A stretch of 64,000 nucleotides of DNA from Klebsiella pneumoniae (GTDB taxonomy: Bacteria; Myxococcota_A; UBA9042): the NCBI GenBank assembly GCA_945889325.1, contig CAMDBH010000002.1:39242-103241 (forward strand), read 5' to 3'. Position 1 is the first letter of the stretch. Each line of letters opens with the position of its first letter. Position numbers and translations under genes: made by a program. The notes under the pieces were generated by a model that ran no database searches, was not told the DNA's origin, and was given only the letters and a program-made list of their open reading frames with translations. Below are positions 39,547 through 49,900 of the stretch, piece after piece.

Positions 39547-40689
39547 TCAAAGCAACAGCAGAGGCATCTGGACCACAGGGTGACAATCCAGTTGCTCTAT
39601 CAAGCGTTGCGCCAGCCGCGACAAGCCTCCCGTTTGCGACAGCGCCCGATCCACGGGCAGCCAGCGTGTCTGCACATAACCCAGCGCCGTCAAATCCGGC
39701 GGCATTTGCAGGTGACAGTGGGCTTGGATCGACGTCGCCTCATAGCGCCGATGGGTCAAAATGTGCACGACCGGCTGCATTTCAAGCTGATCAACCACGC
39801 CTAGGGCGCGCAGCCATTGCTGCATTGCCCTATGTGATCCAGAACCTTCCATCCCGGGCGGCTCCCACAAGCCGGCCCATCGGCCAGTGGCTGGGCGCTG
39901 CCCCAGCAGAATCTCGCCGCCGTCGCTGTCGCGCACGCCGCCGTCATCTACGCGCAGCAGCAGCGCATAACAAGCAGCCACGGTCGGCGATTCTTTACGA
40001 ATTTTCACAGGTGGAATTTGCCCTTGCAGCCCCTGCTGCCGCGCGAGGCAGTCGGCGCTCACGGGACATTGTTGGCATTTTGGCTGTTTGGGCAGACACA
40101 CGGTCGCGCCAAGTTCCATCAGCGCTTGATTCCAATTCGACGGCTGATTTTGTGCAGTTGGCTCGCGCATTTCGCCGTCGGCCAGCGCCCAAATGGCTTT
40201 TTTTCCGGCGGTCGACGCAGGATCGCCGATCACGGCGTGCCAGCGCGCCAACACGCGGGCGACGTTGCCATCGACCAACGCCGCCGGTTGGGCAAACGCG
40301 ATCGAGCGAATCGCGCCAACGGTGTACGGGCCAAGTCCTGGGAGCGCTTGCAAACTCGCGGCATCACTTGGCATCACGCCGTTGTGTCGTGACATCACCG
40401 CGAACGCGGCGGCGTGCAGATTGCGCGCGCGGTTGTAGTAACCCAAGCCCGTCCATTGGGCCAACACGTCGTCAAGCGGTGCCTGGGCCAGATCGGGCAA
40501 AGTCGGCCATTTGGCCATCCAGCGCACAAAATAGTCGATGACGGTGTCCACGCGGGTTTGCTGCAGCATCAGCTCCGACACAACAACAGCATATGGATCA
40601 ATCGGTCGACCGTCAGGCGCGGCGCGCCACGGCAGCTTGCGGTGGTGCAATACGTACCAAGCCAGCAGGTTCCGTTGCCTACTTTGCAC
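39547..40689 (-). CDS. mutY: A/G-specific adenine glycosylase
   Basis: VSELMLQQTRV, WTGLGYYNRARNLH, LPGLGPYT, VDGNVARV, Fe-S motif CLPKQPKCQQCPVSADC. Confidence 0.95.
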   Translation of the reverse strand: MQSRQRNLLAWYVLHHRKLPWRAAPDGRPIDPYAVVVSELMLQQTRVDTVIDYFVRWMAKWPTLPDLAQAPLDDVLAQWTGLGYYNRARNLHAAAFAVMSRHNGVMPSDAASLQALPGLGPYTVGAIRSIAFAQPAALVDGNVARVLARWHAVIGDPASTAGKKAIWALADGEMREPTAQNQPSNWNQALMELGATVCLPKQPKCQQCPVSADCLARQQGLQGQIPPVKIRKESPTVAACYALLLRVDDGGVRDSDGGEILLGQRPATGRWAGLWEPPGMEGSGSHRAMQQWLRALGVVDQLEMQPVVHILTHRRYEATSIQAHCHLQMPPDLTALGYVQTRWLPVDRALSQTGGLSRLAQRLIEQLDCHPVVQMPLLLL

Positions 40690-41629
40690 GGGTTGCCACG
40701 GCAGCCGCGCTGGTCAAACGCGCGTCGAAACAGGCTTGGCGCCAAATGATCGACGGCGTGCTGAATTCGAAACTGATCGGTTTGCCGCGATCGCTTGCCA
40801 CCAACGGCACATCAAAGGGCAGCCACGTGCTGTCGGCGCGGGGATATTTCTTCTCAAACAGAAACTTCTCACCGACCTTGATTTTCATTGTCAGATCAAT
40901 GCCATCGTCGTGGCGCACGGCCCACAGGCGATTGCCGAAATGCCCTTGCAGCCTGTCGGCCATCGGCGTTTCAGGCCAAGTCAGTTTGGCGATGCTTGCA
41001 TCCTTGTGCGGCTGAACGTAAATGCAGCGGTGACGAGAATTGCCTACCTCATTGAAATCTTGCCAGACATCGGCCCAAGTTTCACCGCCGCAGCTGTGGC
41101 GATCGTTGCGCCAAGGGCAAAGTTTGAACGTATGGTCCGGCTGTTCCTGTTCAAATTTGGCCAGCGCCAACTGCTTGCGAAAATCGAAAACACTCGATGT
41201 TTCAATGGCGATTAGCTGCACATCGGTGCCATGGCCGACCTCGACACGTTTGAGCAGCTTGCCAAGCGCTGGCAATTGGGCGGCGTAGCCGTGGGTCGAA
41301 ACGACCCAAAGGCGCGAAAAACCATCGGCATCCCAAAGTTCGATCGGATAGGCCGGCATGTACGCGGCATTGAAATCAAATCCCTTTTTTTGCCAAACCA
41401 GCGCAAAACGCCAGCGCTGCGCCGCCGACCAGCCTGGGTTAAAGGCAATGGCGTCAGCGGCCTGAATTTCTTTGGCAATGACTTCAGCGGCTGCCGCCAG
41501 ACTGATGTCGCTTGGCTCGGTCGCCATGTGCCTCACGCGCTGAACGTAATACCAACCTGCGCTGGTCAAAATCAGAATAAGTCCAGCGATTGCAGCAATA
41601 TAACGCAGATTGGTCGGGGCAACGCGCAA
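40679..41629 (-). CDS. Hypothetical membrane-anchored periplasmic protein
   Basis: N-terminal TM helix; Trp/Cys-containing beta-rich C-terminus; co-oriented and overlapping mutY. Confidence 0.65.
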   Translation of the reverse strand: MRVAPTNLRYIAAIAGLILILTSAGWYYVQRVRHMATEPSDISLAAAAEVIAKEIQAADAIAFNPGWSAAQRWRFALVWQKKGFDFNAAYMPAYPIELWDADGFSRLWVVSTHGYAAQLPALGKLLKRVEVGHGTDVQLIAIETSSVFDFRKQLALAKFEQEQPDHTFKLCPWRNDRHSCGGETWADVWQDFNEVGNSRHRCIYVQPHKDASIAKLTWPETPMADRLQGHFGNRLWAVRHDDGIDLTMKIKVGEKFLFEKKYPRADSTWLPFDVPLVASDRGKPISFEFSTPSIIWRQACFDARLTSAAAVATRAK

Positions 41630-41646
41630 AGTGTTTGGTCCTTTTC

Positions 41647-42963
41647 CTAAAAGTCGTGGTGCAGCGCCAAGGCCAAGTGAATACTGTCGCCGCTGAGCGA
41701 TGTTGCACCAATTGGGTCGGCCGCGTCGCGTTTTTGCACAGTGCGCCGCGACATGACCGTATAGCCCAGCGTGGCATCCAAATGAAGCGGTTTGCGCGAT
41801 AAATTCAATGGATCTGCCAATGTCAGCCCCGCGCCGACAGCCAACGTTGTGGCCGGCGCATCCAAGTACGTCGCCGCACCGTCAGCGCGCGGCAAGAAAG
41901 TCGGACGGTACTGCACACCGGCGCGCCAGACCAGCCCCTCACTGAACTGCCACTCGACACCGGCGCGCGGTTGCACGATGTCCTTGGCGGCCATGGCGAT
42001 CGGCACATTGTTGACGTAGAGCAGTTGATCTGGCGGATTGCCGCGTTGTTTGAGCTGACCGTCGTCGAGCACCAACCGCACATCCGGCGCCTGCGGCGGC
42101 AGTTGCGACCAACGCGCGTACGCCGCGCCGGCGGTGAACAGCCAAGCGCCGCGGTGAAAGGAGGTCGCCAGCGCAATCGTGTCAGGCAACCACAAGCCCA
42201 CGCCGGCAATGCGAAAATTGAGGTTGCCCACGTCTTCCAGCCGCACCGCGAGCGGCAAGGCGTAGCGCACGTAACTCTCCATGCGGTAAACAAGGCCGAT
42301 GCGAAAATCTTCATTTGGCAGCAGCGTTACGCCAAAAATACCATAGGGTTTGGTCAATAATTGCACGTCGAGGGATTTTTGCGTCACGCGGTGATCGAGA
42401 ATCGACAAGTCGATGTCGGCGCGACCGTCCAAGGTCGTGAGCAGCTGCGCACTGGCACCAAGGGACAGCCAAGGCACTGGACGCACAGCGATTCCCGCCA
42501 CTAGGACCAAGCGATCGGCCAAAGTATCGTACAGCGTCACTTGCGGCGTGCGGTAGTCGTGGGCGTCCAAGCGCGTCGAATTGCCAAAAGGCAGTTGGAT
42601 CGCCACCCCCAGCGCTGCTTTATCTTTAAGAAATCCACCAAGCGGCGTTGAAATGCCGACGTGCGCCAGTTGGTTGTTTACCGGCAACTGCGATGGATAC
42701 CTTTGCGTTCCCGCCGTTCTGTCGATGGCAAAACGGTTCCAAATGGCTTCGCCGCCAAAGCCGAAATGAATATGGCTGGCGAGCGCTAAATTGGCAGGGT
42801 TGGCATAAAGGGCGAAATAATCGTCAGCCACGGCCTCACCGGTATTGCCCAGAGCCGCAATTCGCGGACCAAAACCATATAATTCCATGGTATTGGCTGT
42901 AGCAAAGCTGGGGGCCAGCACGAGCAATGTCGCAAGCGCGCGGGCAAACGGAAGCGCTGTCAC
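41647..42963 (-). CDS. OmpP1/FadL/TodX-like outer-membrane transporter
   Basis: Signal peptide; YGFGPRIAALG...DYFALYANPANL hatch motif; amphipathic beta strands; terminal Phe. Confidence 0.78.
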   Translation of the reverse strand: MTALPFARALATLLVLAPSFATANTMELYGFGPRIAALGNTGEAVADDYFALYANPANLALASHIHFGFGGEAIWNRFAIDRTAGTQRYPSQLPVNNQLAHVGISTPLGGFLKDKAALGVAIQLPFGNSTRLDAHDYRTPQVTLYDTLADRLVLVAGIAVRPVPWLSLGASAQLLTTLDGRADIDLSILDHRVTQKSLDVQLLTKPYGIFGVTLLPNEDFRIGLVYRMESYVRYALPLAVRLEDVGNLNFRIAGVGLWLPDTIALATSFHRGAWLFTAGAAYARWSQLPPQAPDVRLVLDDGQLKQRGNPPDQLLYVNNVPIAMAAKDIVQPRAGVEWQFSEGLVWRAGVQYRPTFLPRADGAATYLDAPATTLAVGAGLTLADPLNLSRKPLHLDATLGYTVMSRRTVQKRDAADPIGATSLSGDSIHLALALHHDF

Positions 42964-43853
42964 TCGGTCACCCCGACGTGGACCGGCCGATCGCGCGGCG
43001 TGTTGGCTGCGACGTCAGACAGGGTCCCGAAAGCAAAGCGAGAAAATAGCCGTTCGATCTTCTGTTCCACACCTGCCAGACCGACATAGTATTTGAATCG
43101 GCGCTTGAACGGCAGATCCATGCGCGGCTGATCGGCCACCAATTCGCGCGGATGAATGTACGCGATCACAGGCTGTTGCGCGTTTTCGGCGGCAGCAAAA
43201 CTTTGTTCGATAAACCAAGAAGGCAGCAGTCGCAAATAACCGCCGCCTTGAAAAACCAGCTGCTGACCGGCGAAATTGCGCGGCACCGTCGGCACTTCGA
43301 CAATCGTTTGGCCGTTGGGCAAAATCAAGTCAAATGGGCGGTTGCGCTGCAACAACAAGCCGCCATGGGCGCGGTTGGCTAAAAATAGGGAAGCATCGAG
43401 CGCAATCCCGCGCGAGGCCAAAACGCCAAACGCCCACGTGTCGGCATCGCCGATCGAAAAGCCAGGCGCGCGAAAGGCTTTGACATCTTTGCCTATAGCT
43501 CGGCTGATTGCGGCAAGCGACAGATCCAGGTCGCGGGCAAAACCGTCGCGGCCCAACTGCGGCACCAATTGGTGCAGGTGCCCGTGCGATCCGATTTCAT
43601 GGCCGCGTTCGGCAATCTGCGCCAAAAGTTCCGGAAAACGTTCGGCAATCCAACCCAGCGCAAAAAACGTGCCGCTAAACCGGTGTTTTTGCAGCAGGTC
43701 CAACATTTTTTCAGTGCCCGCAACCACGTGCGACGGCAATTTGTCCCAAGCGGCGAGGTCCGGCGCGGCGGCGTATTCCAAGATGTGAAACCAATCTTCG
43801 ACGTCGACGCTCCAGCCGTGAACAACCCGATGGTTTTGTGCAGCAGTTGGCAT
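42960..43853 (-). CDS. Polysaccharide deacetylase (CE4 + DUF3473, XrtA/PEP-CTERM-system type)
   Basis: SVDVEDWFH, HEIGSHGHLH, FRAPGFSI, GGGYLRLLP, YIHPREL. Confidence 0.9.
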   Translation of the reverse strand: MPTAAQNHRVVHGWSVDVEDWFHILEYAAAPDLAAWDKLPSHVVAGTEKMLDLLQKHRFSGTFFALGWIAERFPELLAQIAERGHEIGSHGHLHQLVPQLGRDGFARDLDLSLAAISRAIGKDVKAFRAPGFSIGDADTWAFGVLASRGIALDASLFLANRAHGGLLLQRNRPFDLILPNGQTIVEVPTVPRNFAGQQLVFQGGGYLRLLPSWFIEQSFAAAENAQQPVIAYIHPRELVADQPRMDLPFKRRFKYYVGLAGVEQKIERLFSRFAFGTLSDVAANTPRDRPVHVGVTE

Positions 43854-43898
43854 TGGCGCAGTGTCGGCTGCGCATCGCGCGAGCGCAAGCGAGGCGGC

Positions 43899-45095
43899 CT
43901 AAGACTCGGAATCCACACCCGCAGAAAGGGCTTGCATGCGCACGGTTTCCGTGAATTCCTTTTGCCCGAGCAAGGGCAAGCGCAATTCGATGATCAGTCC
44001 GCCGCCGGGGCGCGGCAATGCGCGGGCAGTGCCGCCATGGGCTTCTGTGATGCGCTTGACCAAGTACAGGCCCAAGCCGGTGCCGCCGGTGTTGGCGTTG
44101 CGCGAGGCATCGGTGCGAAAAAATGCTTCAAATACACGGGTACATTGTTCAATCGTCAAACCAGGACCGCGATCCATAATCCGATAGACGCCGCCCAGCG
44201 GATCGCGTTCCGATTCAATGCGCAGCGCCTTTTCGATCACATAGCCATCCGCCGCGTCACCGTCGCCAGCGTGTTGCACAGAATTCTCCACCAGCGTTGA
44301 AATCACGCGGTCCAACGCATTTTCATCGCCAGACACGATAGCGTAGTCGCTTTTCAAGTCGAGTTCGACGGTAAACCCTTGTTTTTCCAAACGATGACGC
44401 TCTCGGTGCAAGACGTTGTCGATCAATTCATCGATGCAAACTTCCGCGCGCTGCAGCAACACGCGGTCCACGCCGACGCGCTGCGCTTCAAGCAGCCGAG
44501 AAATGTGCCGTTCGAGCAGGGCCGTTTCTTCATGAATATCATTGAGTAACTGTTCGCCTTCGCTGGGTTTGCGCCGGTCGCGGCCCGCAGGGGCAGCTGC
44601 GCGCGCCGCCTCAAGTTCAATGCGGATGAGCTCAAGCGCAACGGCGATACGCGCCAAAGGCGAACGCAATTCATGCGATACACCGGCCAGCAAATCCTTT
44701 TGCGCTTGTAGCACCCGCGAAATGCGATCGGCCATCGCGTTCAAGCCGCTGCCGAGTTGGCCCAGGTCGTCAGGTGGATCGACCGGCGCACGGGCCGAAA
44801 GGTCGCCCATGCCCAGTTCCGACGCGACTTCACGCAGTTGACTGAGACGGGCGTTGAAGCGTTGCGACAGAGAAAGCGAAAGCGCCATCAGGCCAGCCAC
44901 CGCAACACCGGCGATCACAAGGGGAATCACCACCAGAAGCGCCTCAGCGCTGGTACCTTCGCGCGCCAATAGGACGCCTGCGACCGCGATGGCCAACAGG
45001 CCGACAATGCCAACGCCGACCACGCCGCGCTCGCCCCGCGTCAGCCCCACCGCCGTGCGAGCGGGGTGCGCGTCAAGCGTCGGTCGTTCAGCCAC
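43899..45095 (-). CDS. HAMP-domain sensor histidine kinase
   Basis: Two TM helices, HAMP, H-box VSHELRSPL, DRGPG, GGTGLGL. GTG start overlaps the response regulator stop. Confidence 0.9.
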   Translation of the reverse strand: MAERPTLDAHPARTAVGLTRGERGVVGVGIVGLLAIAVAGVLLAREGTSAEALLVVIPLVIAGVAVAGLMALSLSLSQRFNARLSQLREVASELGMGDLSARAPVDPPDDLGQLGSGLNAMADRISRVLQAQKDLLAGVSHELRSPLARIAVALELIRIELEAARAAAPAGRDRRKPSEGEQLLNDIHEETALLERHISRLLEAQRVGVDRVLLQRAEVCIDELIDNVLHRERHRLEKQGFTVELDLKSDYAIVSGDENALDRVISTLVENSVQHAGDGDAADGYVIEKALRIESERDPLGGVYRIMDRGPGLTIEQCTRVFEAFFRTDASRNANTGGTGLGLYLVKRITEAHGGTARALPRPGGGLIIELRLPLLGQKEFTETVRMQALSAGVDSES

Positions 45096-45795
45096 CGACT
45101 GCCGCGGTCGATTCGGCCGAAAGCATATAGCCGGTGCCCCAAATCGTCTTGATGTATTTGGGACTCCGCGAATCTTCTTCGATTTTTGCCCGCAGATTCT
45201 TGACGTGCACGTCGATCGAACGGTCGTAAGCCGCGTAGCCAACGCCGCGCAGCATGTCCATGAGCGCATCGCGGCTCAGCACTTGGCCTGGATAGCGCAA
45301 AAAGCAGCGCAAAAGGTCGAATTCTGTGGTCGTCAGCAGTACGGTTCGCCCAGCGACAATCACATCGCGGCGCGCGCAATCCATGCTGATATCGGCGATT
45401 TTCAGCATCTCGGCTGCGCCGGTGGCTACGCCACCTTCACTGCGCCGCAGCACGGCTTTGATGCGCGCAACCAACTCCCGAGGATTAAATGGTTTTGCCA
45501 AGTAATCGTCGGCACCCAGTTCCAAGCCGACAATCCGATCGTTGTCCGTGCCTTTTGCCGTGAGCATCACCACCGGTACCTTGGAGGTCGCGCGCACGCG
45601 GCGCAGGACTTCAAAGCCGTCCATGCCGGGCAGCATAACATCCAACACCAGAAGATCAAACACTTCTGACGTCGCGCGCCGCACCCCCTGCAAGCCATCG
45701 GTCACCGTGAAAACTTGAAAGCCTTCTGGCTTCAACAGCCGTTCCAGCAAAGCGCCCAAGCGCACATCGTCGTCAATAATGAGGATTCGAGCCAA
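45088..45795 (-). CDS. OmpR-family response regulator
   Basis: ILIIDDD, LDVMLPGMDG, GADDYLAKPF, DRSIDVHVKNLR, TIWGTGY. TTG start after GGAG. Confidence 0.93.
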   Translation of the reverse strand: MARILIIDDDVRLGALLERLLKPEGFQVFTVTDGLQGVRRATSEVFDLLVLDVMLPGMDGFEVLRRVRATSKVPVVMLTAKGTDNDRIVGLELGADDYLAKPFNPRELVARIKAVLRRSEGGVATGAAEMLKIADISMDCARRDVIVAGRTVLLTTTEFDLLRCFLRYPGQVLSRDALMDMLRGVGYAAYDRSIDVHVKNLRAKIEEDSRSPKYIKTIWGTGYMLSAESTAAVGG

Positions 45796-46015
45796 GGTGT
45801 CTCCATTTCGCAGCTGCTGCACCGCGGACCGCCGACTTCTGCGGCGCTGTGATCAAGGTTCTAGCATAAGCCGCACGATTGGGCGCATTTCACGGAGCAA
45901 GTTCACATTTCTACTAATTCTGTTCGCTGCGAATGATTTTTTTTGTAATATCTTCAGGACTTTCTGCCGCTGTCCCGCGCGACGATACCTGCAACAGTGG
46001 CGTGCAACCGCATGA

Positions 46016-46918
46016 TCAGCGCGGTTTTAGCTCCAACGTGCGCTGCGAGGCTTTGGGGGCGCGCAGTTCATCCGCACCCGCGGCGGCGCGCATCGATAGC
46101 GGTCCGTTGACCCACTGCACCTGCATCGCAATTTGCTTTGCAGCATCCCACGTTGCAAAACCAACGTCGGTAAGTTGATCCAAGCGCGTGGACGCATTGG
46201 CCAGATCCACGCCAGCGACAATTTTGCCGCGAAGTTGTTCAATTTCATCTTGAATCTTCTGCTCTTCTACATCATCTGGCGCCACGGTCGCCGCGGGTAG
46301 AAAACCCGAAGGATCGACCTTGCGGCGCTCGATCTTGCGCGCAATTCGGCCCGCGGCCCAAGCCAGCAGTAGCTGTTCATGCCCATGATTTTTAGGCACA
46401 AGTTGCAGCAGCTTTTCGGCGTCCGCTTGTTCGCCAATCACGCCGAGCACAACAATGGCCTTGAAGCGGAAAAATTCATCTGGGCGCTCAAGCAACTGCC
46501 ACACTGCCGCAACGGCCTCGGGCGCCTTGGTGCGAGAAATACCTGCCAGCGCCCCGAGTTGCACACCGAGGTCGCGATCTTTCAACGCGTCAATCAGCGC
46601 CGGAACCACGCGCGGATCCTCAATTTGTGCCAGTAGTTCCGTAGCTTTGCGCCGTTCGTCGTTGCTGCCGCCGTGCAGGTCGCCCATCAACGTCGGCACG
46701 GCTTCAGCGCCCAAATGCACCACTTTGACCGTAGCGATGCCCGGCGTGCCCGGCGCATCTGCAAAGCGATCGGCAAGCAGGCGCGGATTCTCAACTTTTT
46801 GCTGATACACCACAATGGACGCGTAAACGATGCCCGCCAAGCCAGCCAGCCCGACTGCCACGAGTGCCAAACGAGCCCAAGCCGTTGGATTAAAAGAGCG
46901 ATCGTTTAGAGCAGGCAT
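46016..46918 (-). CDS. HEAT-repeat membrane-anchored protein
   Basis: N-terminal TM helix; RRKATELLAQIEDPRVVPALIDALKD HEAT_2-like repeats. Confidence 0.78.
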   Translation of the reverse strand: MPALNDRSFNPTAWARLALVAVGLAGLAGIVYASIVVYQQKVENPRLLADRFADAPGTPGIATVKVVHLGAEAVPTLMGDLHGGSNDERRKATELLAQIEDPRVVPALIDALKDRDLGVQLGALAGISRTKAPEAVAAVWQLLERPDEFFRFKAIVVLGVIGEQADAEKLLQLVPKNHGHEQLLLAWAAGRIARKIERRKVDPSGFLPAATVAPDDVEEQKIQDEIEQLRGKIVAGVDLANASTRLDQLTDVGFATWDAAKQIAMQVQWVNGPLSMRAAAGADELRAPKASQRTLELKPR

Positions 46919-46927
46919 CGTCGCTGG

Positions 46928-49900
46928 CTATTTGCAAGGCTCTGTTACCTGAATGTCATCGAGGTAAATGCCGCTGTATTTGTCATTGCCTTTGGCGTCA
47001 AACGAATCAAAAGAAAAGGTTATCTGGATCGTCTGGCCTTTGTACTTGGTCAAATCGAGCTTGTACGACTTCTTGACCTTGAAATCACCGGCCTTCATGT
47101 CTTTTTCCTTGTTGTCCTGCGTGCTTTTGGCGAAGATGACTTCTTTGCCGGCCGCCGTGGCAACCGTGATGTGAAAGTCCTCAAACAGCGGTTCGATGTC
47201 GATCCAAGCGTCAAATTGCAACCAGGCGCTTTTCTTCACGTCAGCCGAAAGCAAGATGTTGTTGGCGATCAAGGTACCGGCCACGCTTTTGCCGGGGTCG
47301 TCGTAATTGGTCTGCGCCGCATTGCCAAAATAGGCTTCATGGCCGCCGTTCAGGTATTTGTGCAATACGATCTGCCACTTGACCGCACCGGAAATCGGGG
47401 ATGCGGTCCAACTGACAAATTTGCTGGCCTCAAAAGTCTCCGACGGCAAGGCGTTGCCAGGTACACAGCAGGTCGGTCCGGGCGTTGCAGCCTCGTTGCA
47501 TTTGAACGTTTTTGGCTCAGAGAAGCTGCAGAAATACTTCTTACACACGTCCGGATTGACCGGCGCACATTTCGCGTCCTCAAGGCATTCGATCGGGCTG
47601 CAGAGAGTTTGCACGAGCAACTTGTCGACGTATGCGCCCTCAAAGTTGTTGTTGGTGTCGGTGCCGGCGTCGAACTCGAATTGCAGTTTGACGGTTTTGC
47701 CTTTCAGGCTGTCGGGTACGGCGACGACTACAGACTGGTATTTGCCGTTGGTGCTGCCGCCGATGCCATACGAAGACCAAGTCCAAACAGAATTTGTCTT
47801 GTCGTTGCTATCGGCCGGATTGTAAAAGCCGACGCGCATGCGATCGATCACCAGCCCAAGGGGCGGCAAATTGAACACGGTCGGATCGTTCCACTCTGTC
47901 GACAGTTTCAATTGAAAAGTCAGCACTGTCGTGCCGTTGGCCGGAATTGCAACGTTGCCGCTGCGCACGATCGCGCCTGGAACGGTGGTGCCGGCATTGT
48001 AGGTGCCGTCCTTGCCGAAGTTGAGCGAATAGGTGCCCTCGTTGGAGCTAAGCGCCGTCGCGTTCCATGTGATCGTGGCGTTGTACGGTTTGCCCACGCC
48101 GCCTTGCGCGTTGCCCTTGAGCGTGGTGGCGACCCAGCCTTCTGGCAATTTGCCCCCGTTTTCAAAGTTTTCAGCCGCCACCGATGGGTTGTCCGAGCAG
48201 CATTTGGGGTCCGTCAGCGTGTGCGTGCAAGACTGGGCGGCAGCATCGCATTTGTCGGTCGTGCAGCTGCTGCCGTCGTCGCAACCGGCGTCGTTGAGGC
48301 AGCAATCTTTTTTCGGCGTCCAAAAGCATTTCTTGTCGGCCGTGCAACCGGCAACCTGACAAGGTTTTGCGGGGCCGCAATCGTTGTCGGGACTTGGATC
48401 TTCGCACACGATGCCGCTACAAGCGACATCGACTTTGAAGTCGTCGATCGCGACACCCTTGTTGGTGTTGGCGTTGGCGTCGCCCGCATCAAATGCGAAG
48501 CAAACTTGGACCTTTTTGCCAGCGTATTTGTCCAAGTTCACTTTGATGGAGGTAAATTTGCCTTCGGTGGTGCCCTTGATCGCGTCTGAGGACCAGATCG
48601 TGTCGGTATTGAAGCCGCTGACCTTCAAATACACGCGCAACTCGTCGAGTTTTGGCATGTATCCGCACTTGCCCTTGTAGCAGTCCTCGCCGGGGTTGCA
48701 GTCTTTGGCGGCGGTGGCGATCGTGCATGCTTTGGCGCTGCCCGGCGGATTGACGTACTTGCTCGGATCCTGACCCGACCATTCCGTGGCCATATTCACC
48801 TGAAATTGCAGCAGGTTGTACAGCGTACCGACGCTCAACTGCACTTCTTGGCTGCAAACAGTCTCGGCCGGACCTTTGGTTTTCGGCAAAACCAAGGGAT
48901 CGTCGTAGCTGGTGCCCGACGCGTTGCCGAAGTAGAGCGCGCCGCTGCCTTTGGTGCCGCCCGATGCCGAGGCGTGCCACTGCACTGCTTTGGAATTAGA
49001 GTCAAAATGCGTCCATGAAGAAATGCCGGCGTCAAAAGTGTCGCTGGCGGCATTTTTGGCGGTGCAGCACGTCGGATTCTTGTCGTCCGGCACGTTGGTG
49101 CAGGCGCCTTTTTCAGCGCCTACGATGTTGCATTGGTCAACTGTGCAGTCGTTGTTGTCGTTGCAGTCGGGGCTGGCCAAGCAGCACCCCGGCTCCTTGT
49201 CGAAAAAGCACACGCCCTTGCCGGACAAGTTGTCGTAAAATGTACAGGAGTCCGGCGTGCAGCTGCTGGCGTCGGCCTTGCACGGCGTCGCGGCGTCGCA
49301 TTGTTGGAAACCGGCAGATTCCGGCTTGTCCGGTTCGGCAATGCACAGCGATTCCAGAGAGATGTCGTCGATGTACACGCCTTCATAGTTGTTCTTGGCG
49401 CCATTGTTGGTGTCAAAAATCCACTGGAATTTGAAGCTGTTGCCAAAGCCTGCCAAATTCACGATGTGGTGCTGCCAGCCGCCGGTCGATTTGCCAATCA
49501 CAATCGAGTCCCAAGCGACCTTGTCGTTGACCTTGAGCGTCAACAGATCTTTTTCCTTCACGCAGGCCATGCCGGCCTTTTGCTCGCTAAGGTCCAAACA
49601 ACTTTCACCTTGCTTGCAGCCCACGCAGCCGACGCCGACCTTCAAACCGCTGGCAACGAAAGTCGGCTCAGCCGCGACCCACAGCCAGTAATGCAAAATG
49701 AATTGCTTATTTTCGGAACCGGCCGGTACGTTGATCGAGGGTGAATCCAAGGTCGCGAAAATCGTCGCGCCCTGGCCGCCGCTGATGCATTGATTGGCAC
49801 CGACGGACGACGAATCGTAATTGTAGCATTCGTTACCCAAGTACATGGAAGTTTTGCCGTTGTGTGCGCGCTTGTTTTCCAAATGCCAACTGATGTTGGT

